A stretch of 64,000 nucleotides of DNA, taken from positions 26,288,001 to 26,352,000 of the forward strand of contig JBHGNT010000002.1 in assembly GCA_043228905.1 (NCBI GenBank). The letters run 5' to 3'. The translations under genes were made by a program, and so were the position numbers. Each line of letters begins with the position of its first letter. The first letter of the stretch is position 1. Below, piece after piece: positions 1-14,400 of the stretch. The notes under the pieces are model-generated. The model saw nothing but the letters and a program-made list of their open reading frames with translations, was not told where the DNA came from and made no database searches. Source of the DNA: Azolla caroliniana (lineage: Eukaryota; Plantae; Polypodiophyta).

Positions 1-39
1 GGGGAGACAGCAAATTAGTGTTGTAGAATTATTGACTAG

Positions 40-150
40 AGATGTGTATGAATATCCATCCATCCACATGTGCATGTGTATGTGTATGTGTATGTGGATG
101 TGCATGTGTATGTAGATATGTGCATGTGTATGTCGATGTGCATGTGCATG
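40..150. repeat. Degenerate (TGTATG/TGCATG)n simple repeat
   Basis: Reiterated tgtgta/tgtgca hexamers; these produce the spurious His/Thr- and Cys/Val-rich ORFs. Confidence 0.8.
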
Positions 151-3100
151 TCTCTCTCTTTGCACCTTCTTTGTGTTGGGTCGGGCCCCGGCAACTCTTT
201 GTTTTCGTAGGCCCGTGTGTCCCATGTGTCCGTGCATGGTCGTGTGCCCGTGCCCCACACCCATTTCCTCTCTTTGTGTTTCTGTTTCTGTTTCTGCCTC
301 CTTCCTTTTGCTTTCGTGTCTCAGTCAGTGTATGTGTTTCGTGTCTCCATCCACGTTTCCAATAATCATATAAAACATTTGACGCTCTTTTTACCGATCC
401 CAGCCCACCCGCCTTGTGCTTTCCAATGTAATATAGCTCTTGACAAAACATTGTGCTTACATTAATCATGTTTGCAATTGTTTCCCTGCCATATGATACC
501 CACATGTGATATGTATCCCATGTATTATGCAAACAATTGGTGAGCACGCATATGAGACATGTCCAATATCCTTGTGCTTTCATATGTCCATAGCAAGCAT
601 CTACAATTTCATGTCTATGACTCATTGGGGATGCATGCAAAACGATATAATCACATATTGTGGTTCGTCAATGCGTTCTTTAAATGAAGATGTACGTTTC
701 AACTTCTTTTCGATCACGACAATCTATAGTTGACATTTTCAATGTTAAGAATAGTAGAAATGTAGTCGGTTTATTTGATACGTTACAGACTATTGATTGA
801 TTATCTCCAAAGTAACATCACGAACAACTAGAGGATGGCACATCTCCAAGCTATCCCTTCTCCATTCTTAGACCAAAACTAATAAGACCCAGTTGCATAA
901 AGTAAACATGGAAAGAGATTCCAAATGAAACATTTGCTACAGAATTAGAAATCCATGCTTACAAACATGGAACTTATAATACAATTTCATTAGCATATAT
1001 GCTTTTATGCAAATGAATGTCAAAAAGCAAAATTCACAATTATCCAAAACTAAAAATTCGAGAAGATTTGTTTGACAAAAGTATACGAAACATGAGCATG
1101 AAATACGAAACCCAAAGATGGCATTTTCTAGAAGTATATCGTTTAGGAACACAAAGCCACTAACAAATAAGACATATTTGCTTGGTAGCACATATTATAT
1201 AACGTAAAACCCTTGACACAAAAGGCACATTTTCTAAAACTATGTGCATAGGGACATGAAATCACAATCAACAAATATATATTTGCTCAGTGGAAGAGTA
1301 TAGCTGCAAACATGAGATACATAGGAAAAAAACATGAAATATAATATTGCCAAAACTCAAATGAGTATTTGGTGAAAACCTTTAAAAAACACAAGAGGAT
1401 AAGAGTTCCTGGTAGGCTTGTGAACACGAAAGTCAAGAGTTATAGTTTACAATACTTGCTTGCCAAAAGTTCCATAACAAAGAAGATAAATTTTGTGAGA
1501 TGAAAAAAATGCTAGCAATACGTAATGCAAAAGACACAGACATAGACACAAAATGAGTAATAACCCAAAAGATGCATTCGCGACAAATCCAAAAAAGCAA
1601 TACAAGACAGATAACAAAACAGAGATGACAAACACTTCCTATGAGGTTATGTATGTATGCATAGTATGTAATATACTCGAATGCATCGACAAACATCCTT
1701 TTTCATACATATTCAAACGAATGCGTTTGTCATCAAAACATTCTTATCTTTTTTTACACTTTTTACCTAGCAAAAAATACCTTATAATAAATAATGAATA
1801 CAAAGGTATGGTATTTACATCAATAAACATCCTCGAATGCGAATGCACGTATGGTTCATACCATGTATGTATGTGTGTCTATGTATCCGTGCATGGATGT
1901 ATGTATATGATTGTATCAATATGTATGTGTGTGTATGTATGTATGTGTGTGAATTTTGTCATCAACTTGATGAACCAATTTCGTTGTACATGCATTTCCA
2001 ATCGTAATGGTGTATGTATGACCATTTACAACAAGTATGCACGCATGAGGTGTGTGTGGATAGCTATTTAGAAACAAACAAACAAACAAAGATATATTAA
2101 TATCTTCTAAGACCAAAATTGGCTCATGAGACAATTGGTTTACAACAAAAAATGGGGTATTTACCCATTCATCGAAAGTAAAAATAAAACAAAATAGAGC
2201 TTAAGTTAAACAGTTCTAGTAAAAAAACATGTTCCATAAGGAAAGGAATTTATATTAGGCTGAGTTTCATTTCCATCAAAGTCTCTCGAAAAGAAGTGGG
2301 AGGTCAAAGGGTTTCGATGTGGATGTGGCCAATGGTCCCAGTGTAAAAGGCACCCCGACCATAGCTTCTAGGCGGCGTAGCTCACGTTCCCTTATCTTCT
2401 TAATCGTTTCTACTCCACATTGAGGAACTTTGAAGACCAACATCCGAGGGCATTGGTTGTTCTTTGCATTTCTACGTCATCAAGAGAGAGGCAGAGTGGT
2501 GTAGGTGTGTCCACATTCATCGTCTCCCCTTGTTCCTAAATATTCACATTAGTTACATGTTGGTGAATACTAAAAGGGTTATGGTTAACACTTTGTAATT
2601 TATTCTCTCTATGTTGTTTTAGCTCTAAGATATACCTACCTAGTCAATAGTTTGGAGAGGGTGGGAGAGGATCGTAGTATGTCTTGGTATTTCGCCCTTA
2701 TCTTGGTACAAGTTGGACACTTGCATGTAAAGTGATACTCATCCTCTATCTCTATGTGACATAACTTACATAGCCTTTCCTCTACGGGAACTCTATTAGC
2801 ACGACCATTCTCAATCTCAAGTTGGTGAGATGATATCCCAAGTTGTCAAACGGGCACCCTTAGTGCATTTGATAAGAATGTATCTAGATATTTTGGTTGT
2901 GTAATAAAACTTAACTTAGAGAAGTCCAAGAAGTGTTCCTTATAGTACAACATTTTAGATGGGAGTAGCTCTCGTGGGGTGATCCATTTAAATCAGGTCT
3001 AAAATTGCCATATTGCTTGGCGTATATTACTTTATTATGGTCTTCATGAGAGATTAAAGTTTGATCAGTCCCATGGTTGTACTTAAAGGGGAGGTAAGTT

Positions 3101-3372
3101 ATTAATGTCTATACCATTTGCAAGTAACGAACTCACTAGAGAGTGCTATACCAAGAGCTAGTGTCTCCGGACGCATATGATAGGGAGAAATACATACATA
3201 CATACATACATACATAGTGTACATATTATGTATGTATGTATGTATGTATGTATGTATGTACGTACATATTATTATGTAGCGAGTGAGTTACCATTTGCTT
3301 CTCAAACCCTTGTGTCTTCCATCGCCATCATACGCAAGTTGCAGAGATGAAGCGAGGGGAGCAGGGTGTGAT

Positions 3373-6093
3373 ATGCCACCATCGCCATGGCCGAAGCTGT
3401 CCTGCTCCTGCTACCTTTCTAGAAGAACCCAGCATGTACCGAATCATGTGGACACGTCCCTCACCAGAGCAACACCACCAACATACCTGTCTCTCCTTCG
3501 TCTCTGCATTGAACGGAATGACTCATCCCAAGCCAAGAGAATAAACACCCATATCATCAACCACCATCCCTATCTTCTCAATGGTCTTCTTGGAGACTAT
3601 TTGGTACTTACTTTGGCAAAATGTAGTGCCATCGATGAAGCTCTATTCACATCGTATTCCCTTCCTTCCCGATCGGTTTTCTCATGGACATCCATCGTCA
3701 CTTCATTGGTTGATTCTGGCTATGGCTATGAAGCTCTGCGAATGTACGAATGTATGCAGCAAGATGGCATCCTACCAGATGCATTCACATTTGTGAGTCT
3801 TTTCAAAGCTTGTGGTATGGTAACGGACATTCATTGTGGCAAGAAATTTCATATAATGTCCCTTTATCAGGGATTTGTATGTGATTTGTTTGTAGTCAGT
3901 GCTATGGTGAATATGTATGGGAAATGTGGTGATTTGGAACAGGCAGAAATAGCATTTGGAAGGATTCCTTATCATAACGTGATCTCTTGGACTGCCATGC
4001 TCTCGGCTTATGTGGATAGAGCGGAAGGAATTAAAGCTTTATTGTTGTATCGACAAATGTCTGAACAAGGCGTGAAATCTGACCACTTGACTTTCATGTT
4101 AGCAATTCAAGCATGTACAATCATCGTGGAAAGTGATGAGTCTCTTAAGGAAATTGCCCTTGAAATAGGATATGCTTTACATTCAGAGGCGGTTCGGAAA
4201 AGCTTAATATTTGATCCATTTCTTAGCAATACTCTCGTGAATATGTATGGTAGATGTGGGTCAAGTATTGCTGAAGCGGAGCATGTGTTTCATACATTGT
4301 TGCATAAAGATATAGTGACATGGAATGCCATGCTTTTGGCTTATGTTGAGCAAGGTGAAGGGCAAAAAGCTTTACAATTGTATATGCATATACAAGAAAA
4401 TGGTATGAGCCCTGATAAATTGACCACAATCTTTGGTCTTCAGGCATGCTCGACCATTGCCATAGAGCGAGAAGAAAGTGAACTTTTTGTAGCTCAAGAA
4501 ATTGGGAAATCATTGCATAGTGATAGTTGCAAGAAGGGGTTTGAAATAGATGAGTTTTTAGCCTGTTCTCTCGTGAAAATGTATGGCAAAACCAATGCAA
4601 TCACAGAAGCAGAGTCTGTGTTTGGAACATTATCACACCATGATGTTGCATCATGGAATACAATGTTATCTGTGTATGTTGAACTTATGCAGAACCAAGA
4701 TTTAAGCTTAACTTTGTGTTTCGGACACAGAGCATTATGTTTATACCGGCAAATGGGGAATGACTGCACTGGTTTGGATCCATTAACATATGTTTTGGCT
4801 CTTCAAGCATGCACAATACTTGTGTTGGAGGATGGATTTATTGAGGGCCAATCCGTCAACATTTTAGCTCTCAAGATCGGAAGAGCATTACATTCTGATG
4901 CTCGTAGGAAGGGATTTTCATATCATCCCTTTGTTGGCAACATCCTTATAAGCTTTTATGGTAGACATGGGTCTATTGTAGAGGCAGAAGATGTGTTTTT
5001 ATCATTATTGCAACGTGATGGTGCATCATGGACTTTGATTCTCTCATTATATGTCGAACAAGGTCTGGCCGAGAGGGGTTTGCAATTATATACTCGAATG
5101 ATCAAAGATGGGGTGAGGGCAGATGGGTGGACATTTGTGGTTCTTTTTCAGGCATGTGGTGCTATTTCCAGGAAGGAACAATCATCTGTTTTACTAGATA
5201 CATCTTCTCTAGAGATAGGATCATTACTACATTTAGTGGCTGATGCAAAGGGTTTCACATCAGACAGTTATGTGGGTAGTACCCTTCTGAGCATGTATGG
5301 GAAGTGTGGAGCTATTGTAGAAGCAGAGCATGTATTCAGTGACTTATCTGAACCCACAAATGTTTCATGGACTGCGATGCTCTCGGCATATCTTGAACAA
5401 GGGCATGCAAACAAGGCGCTGGATACATATAGAGCAATGGTAAAGCAAAGTATATGCTTAAACACTGTCACTCTTAATTGTGTTTTGCAAGCTTGTGGTG
5501 TAATCGGAAGCTTAGAGACATGTAAAGAGATTCATTTTCACCTTGTTTCTTTGGGATGTGAGCACATTTCAATGGTCGCTGCGACCCTAATCCATGCCTA
5601 TGGAAGTTGTGCAAGCATGGTCGATGGGCAAGATTTCTTTGAGAAGCTTTTTGAGCCTGATATCGTTTCATGGAATGCTTGCATTTCTGGCCATATAGCT
5701 GAAGGTAGTTTTTTGAAGAGCATAGACATATTCGAGAAATTAAAAATTGTGAGTGTCCAACCCGATGAAGTAACGTTTACTGTGATTCTCTCCGCTTGTA
5801 GTCATATTGGGCTTGCTAATAGAGGTATGGAGTATTTCAACTCTATGAGCAATGAGTATGGTCTTATGCCAAACATAAAGCACTATTGTAGTATGGTGGA
5901 TCTACTTGGGCGCGTAGGAGACTTAGAAGGACTTCGAACCTTACTAGAACGCATGCCAATACAGGCTGACCTGCATGTTTGGATGTGTACATTGGGTTCT
6001 TGTTGTACGCATGGAAACTTGGAGCTTGCAAAGTATGCATTCGATCATGCAACAAGTGTTCAAGGACACAGTGAAGTTGTCCATATGCTTTGA
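3373..6093 (+). CDS. Intronless PLS-class pentatricopeptide repeat protein (organellar RNA-editing/processing factor type), ending in a truncated E region with no DYW domain
   Basis: The 936-codon ORF has its first in-frame ATG at 3373 (MPPSPW...), followed by an S/P/R-rich transit-peptide-like N-terminus. Repeated P/L/S motifs: VISWTAMLSAY, LVNMYGKCG, PDAFTFVSLFKAC, PDEVTFTVILSACSH, KHYCSMVDLLGRVG. E1-like WMCTLGSCCTHGNLELA is followed shortly by a stop. Confidence 0.93.
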   Translation: MPPSPWPKLSCSCYLSRRTQHVPNHVDTSLTRATPPTYLSLLRLCIERNDSSQAKRINTHIINHHPYLLNGLLGDYLVLTLAKCSAIDEALFTSYSLPSRSVFSWTSIVTSLVDSGYGYEALRMYECMQQDGILPDAFTFVSLFKACGMVTDIHCGKKFHIMSLYQGFVCDLFVVSAMVNMYGKCGDLEQAEIAFGRIPYHNVISWTAMLSAYVDRAEGIKALLLYRQMSEQGVKSDHLTFMLAIQACTIIVESDESLKEIALEIGYALHSEAVRKSLIFDPFLSNTLVNMYGRCGSSIAEAEHVFHTLLHKDIVTWNAMLLAYVEQGEGQKALQLYMHIQENGMSPDKLTTIFGLQACSTIAIEREESELFVAQEIGKSLHSDSCKKGFEIDEFLACSLVKMYGKTNAITEAESVFGTLSHHDVASWNTMLSVYVELMQNQDLSLTLCFGHRALCLYRQMGNDCTGLDPLTYVLALQACTILVLEDGFIEGQSVNILALKIGRALHSDARRKGFSYHPFVGNILISFYGRHGSIVEAEDVFLSLLQRDGASWTLILSLYVEQGLAERGLQLYTRMIKDGVRADGWTFVVLFQACGAISRKEQSSVLLDTSSLEIGSLLHLVADAKGFTSDSYVGSTLLSMYGKCGAIVEAEHVFSDLSEPTNVSWTAMLSAYLEQGHANKALDTYRAMVKQSICLNTVTLNCVLQACGVIGSLETCKEIHFHLVSLGCEHISMVAATLIHAYGSCASMVDGQDFFEKLFEPDIVSWNACISGHIAEGSFLKSIDIFEKLKIVSVQPDEVTFTVILSACSHIGLANRGMEYFNSMSNEYGLMPNIKHYCSMVDLLGRVGDLEGLRTLLERMPIQADLHVWMCTLGSCCTHGNLELAKYAFDHATSVQGHSEVVHML

Positions 6094-6949
6094 CCTTGGA
6101 GATGCATACATTTACGGTGTTCATATACAAGAATAACCAGGATTGATGTATCTTTACTATATAGAAAACTTTCACCATGATTCATATGCGTGTTTATCCT
6201 GGAATGTTTTTAGACAAAGGCTTGAGCATAATGAGAAGCATACATATCATTTTCATGAATTTATCTGAGTTACATTCTATTGATGTGCGAACCTCAAACA
6301 TCATAGCGATATGCATATTCTCGTCGCTAAGTCATATAAAATGTGGAGCAATCTCTTGACTGCCCAAACATATATTGTAGGTGGTTCTCAAATAAACAAA
6401 GGCTTGATTATGTACATTTCTAGGAAGCCACAAGGATCTTGAGGTTGCCTTCCTTAACACTAAAGGAATTGCATTTTGTTGGGGTCAATGGTTTGAGATC
6501 ATACATAATGACATGCTTATCAACGAAAAACATGATCATCCACAAGAGGAATGGAATACCAATATGGATTTCAATATATGTACTGCTTGATTCGAATTGC
6601 GGCCAAGATGACTTGCATGCATATATAGGTTTACTTCTTGCGACACTACTAGGAAGGTACATGAGTTCATTTCACTCGAGCTCTCTCCATGCGATCCTTC
6701 AAAATCTATGGATCACTTGTTTTACATGCATCGGATACTACATACTAGTTCATAATGATCTTTATTAGATTTGTCTACTACATACTAGTTCATTCTTTCC
6801 ATGACCCGATCCAACCAACCATATGTATACATGCATACATACATACATACATGCATACATACATACATACATGCATGCATACATATGTACATATATGGCC
6901 CATTCTTATTCTTAAATTTTAATATACATACATACATGTTTTTATATAG

Positions 6950-6996
6950 TTTCCCACCAGCCCAAAACAAGTCTTTCAAATAAAAGAAGCGCCAAA
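6950..6996. promoter_or_regulatory. E2F-type sites upstream of RNR2
   Basis: GCGCCAAA at 6989-6996 is TTTGGCGC on the - strand, a canonical E2F site. TTTCCCAC at 6950 is one transition from TTTCCCGC. Plant RNR2 genes are established E2F targets. Confidence 0.6.
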
Positions 6997-7055
6997 AACT
7001 TCCGAAACTTCCTTCTTTCTCTCTTCCCCCCATAGCCTGACAGGTCGCACACCTG

Positions 7056-7081
7056 TAACCCTAACCCTAACCCTAACCCTA
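7056..7081. repeat. (TAACCC)4 telomere-like / telo-box-like repeat in the RNR2 5' region
   Basis: taaccctaaccctaaccctaacccta lies about 90 bp before the ATG. Confidence 0.75.
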
Positions 7082-7167
7082 CCGCATCCCATTCTTCCCT
7101 CCTTTTCCTTTTCCTTTGCGCCAGACCGTGTCGTGTCCATTCTAACTTTGTCCCATCTCTTTCTGCC

Positions 7168-10658
<3,491 letters not shown>

Positions 10659-11479
10659 AAGAACTGACATTGTCTTCTAAGCCTGAAACATTTGTCATTC
10701 TGCCATGACTATTTGTTTCATTCTGTTACATATGTAATCTCACATGGAGTCTAGGTTCTTTCCTGGGTTTAAATTTGCATGATACATCCTAAATGTTTTA
10801 TTGAGCCCAATCTTAGGTTTGTTCCGGACTCTTCTTCACTACCCCATTGTGTTGTTTATCAATTAGCACACCATTGATAATAACGAAATTTGTCCCATTT
10901 CTCAAACAAGTTTAGAAGGGATTTGTCTCATTTCGTCCAGTTTATTTGCAATCAAATTAAAGTGAAAAGCAATATGTTATGGTGTTGCAAGCTAATAAAG
11001 TACAAACTTGTATTTCTATGCTGTTTAGGCTTATTGGATGTCAATGTGTATAGCTGTAATAAGTAGGCCTTGAGAGTATTTTATACTTGTAATCTTAAAA
11101 CTATGATGTGCATATTACTCTGTGATGGACATTAAAAATTAAATTAGCGTTTGTGAACCTAATTCTTATGTAACTACAAGAGTAGGTCTGCATCTGCCTC
11201 AACTATACGAGTACAATGTCAAAATTTTATTTTTTGAGAATATCACATTGTGAATGTTTCCATGTGCAGATCAAGATATGAACAATCTCAGAACACTTGC
11301 TCGTGCAACTGTGTGTGAAACTATATCATACATTATATGGTACAAGGTAGTAATGATGCATGCACTCACACTTCATGCCTGGATTTGTACCTCTAAATTT
11401 TGTGCTATCTTAACATTAAGTTCCAACAAAACCATGTGACATGCTGATTTGTATTGCATCATCATCATAATCAATAGCA

Positions 11480-14400
11480 TCATATTTCTTCATTTCCTTT
11501 GCCCATTCCTCGGAAACAACTCATCCTCAACCTTCGACCTAGTGTGTCAAATCTCGACTTTCTTCGAGGAGTTACTACATTACAATCTTGAACTTTCAAA
11601 TTTTCATCAGCATTCAATGAATTCGTATCCTTGACTGATGCAGTGATGGCTCTTAGAATCATGTTCTGCAATACATAAAAACGAGGTAGCATAGCACAAT
11701 GTGATGTGTTTGAATTACATGGAAAACTTTACAATAATGAAAAAGAAAATGTCTACCATTTAGAGAAAATAAAAGTAACAACCTTTTCTTCTTTGACATC
11801 AAGTGGAGTTTCAGCAGAGTTGTTTCCAAGACATACATCAACTGAGGCTTCACTAATCCCATGAGAAGAGCATCTGCCCCAACCTTCGGTAGAATCACCA
11901 TTTGAGCTAGGATAGGAACAACAATCTCCAACCTGTTCTCTACCTCGAGACTGTAGCACATGCACATGTAATTCATATTACACGTGTCACTATGTACATT
12001 GCAGCAAAAAACTTGGAACAGCATAAAAATATGTTTTTAACAACATTTTGAATCACAACACAACAATATGTTCTGAAATCACAACAAACACTATAATAAA
12101 TAAGTTCTGATGACATTTTTGAATCATGACAATATGTTTTGACATCATACACAACAATATTGTGATAACATTAAGTTGTGCAAATATATACAAGCAATAT
12201 GTTTTGGTATCATATTTTACATCACAAAATGTATAAGGAAAAACGGTGGTAAATTTCACATATAATGACAATTTTGTTACCTCCAATGATTGGTCAAAAG
12301 ATGGCAGGTCTGCATTGTCATAATTGTGCTTCATTCTTCTAAGAAACTCAATAACCTTGGCAGGATGTTCCAACCTGGTTTTCAATGACTGTACTTTATC
12401 AAAAGGATATGTCTTAGTTTACATTGATAACATATCATCACATTGTTAAAAATCAACGAGTCTTGAAATAAAAAGTGTATATTTGTTAGTTCATTACATT
12501 ACTTTCACCAAGCTTATTGATTGCTGTTTCTTGCTGAGATATGCTCTCCTTTCCTGATGCAAAATTAGAAAACAGAATCATGAAAGAAAATGCTAATAAA
12601 TGAAGCAAAATCTCAAAGAACCCCATATAAATGTCAAAAAAATACATCAATATTTATTGTAATCATATGTAAGTATCTAGGGGCCTATACATAAGTAACT
12701 GGGGCCATAAAGTTTTCGGATACTAAAGTTTGGGTATTAGAGTTTTTAATCCAAATAAATAAATGCACTTCCTCTTTTCTTTTTCTCCTAGATGAAGAGT
12801 ACTGAACAAACATGAATAGAAATACATGCCTTCTGCACTTTCTGAATTCTGTATTCTGAGAACTGGATCGCCTAAAGCTCCAGATACCGAGTGCTGCAGA
12901 CAACAGCCATAATATTTTAGCCCTGATTACATAAGAAATACCATACATGTACTAACACTGAAAAATGCAAGTATATAGTCTACCATTATGTCTACATTCC
13001 TCATATTTCACGTTCATAAATTTAGACTGAATTAATCCATTCATTTAACAAAGGGGGTGCAGGAGCTGACAAGAAAATATATTAAAAACTATAAATTATG
13101 CAAAATAAACCACAAACAAATAGATAATAATAAAAATCTATTATACTAAAATAGACAAGAAGTTATACTACAATATAAGGTATACAATATATACTAAAGA
13201 GGTGTGTTGCATATAAATACTCTTCCATTTGTACCATAAAAATATTAGATATAAATGGATAGTGGCAATATACATGTTGATGTAACTAATACATCAGTGT
13301 TGAAGAGAAATCTAATTTTACTAGCAGATAACACATAATAATGATCTTCAAATTTCTAATATACATAAATATATCCCTGTAAGAGAGAGAGAGAGAGAGA
13401 GAAAGGTATACATAAAGTACCTCAACTAGCCCGTGAAGAGATGGCAAATCATTTAGACCAAATGCTAAGAACTTGCATGTCTCCTCTGCAAGTAGATGTG
13501 ATGGTGGGCTCAAAGTATTATGAAAGAATATTGTCACAGAGTCATAATAAAACTGTGGCCTTGGTGAGTTATGGTTTCCTTCAAACTTAATTATATTTTT
13601 GTCGCCCTGAAAAAGAAAACAAAAGAAAAAAAGGAATAAGAAGAATCATCGTTATGAGAAAATGATATGAAATAAACAGAGTATAACCAAAGGATAGAAG
13701 AATTTGTTTTGTCACAAAAGCTATTGAAGGACGTACAGAATACACGCTGTGAATGTGATCAGAGTGGTGGGGAGGTATAAATAAATCCCCTCTTGCATGT
13801 CCAAACAGTGCTGGAACAAAGGTTTTTGACGCATACTGAAATGAAATTAAAAGGGAAAAAAAACAGTTAGTCAAAAAGCGCTATCTTCTTCTTTTCTGCT
13901 TGATGAACAAATGAACAAATTTTATAAACAAAAATATCCATAATATGACACTTCAAAAACATTCTGAAAAATAAAGTATATGCAAGATGTATGCTCTTAT
14001 CAATAAAGCAGATTTCTCCTTAGAAACAGAAATGATATGATGAACAAGACAATTTTCCTTTTGCATTCATAGAAAAAATATGGTGTCAGACCTCTAGGTA
14101 CTACCTGTTTAACATTCATATCCATGATGTCAAACTGTGCTCGTTTCTGGATGATTCTTCGCATTAACTGTAATGCAACTCTGATCTGCACAAACAAGTT
14201 ATATATATAAAGCTAAAACTATGGCATAGCAAACAGGTTATTCCTTGCATATTTCATTCAATTGATTATGTATATATCATACATATACTAATCATATCAC
14301 ATGCCACAGCAAAATATTCCTTCATATAAAATCTTCATGTTCAATAGAAGAGACCCATATTTTTTTGTCTCATCAACTCTCTAGCTTGGATAATATTGAT

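Noticed and set aside
29-2134. 203-aa and 172-aa ORFs, and a possible DNA-transposon end
   Set aside because: Low-complexity sequence with no recognisable domain; I could not define TIRs or a TSD.
2220-2540. GC-richer patch that looks like decayed coding sequence (WTHLHHSASLL on the - strand, faintly hAT-like)
   Set aside because: The frames I read contain stops and the similarity is too weak to assign without a tblastx/HMM search.
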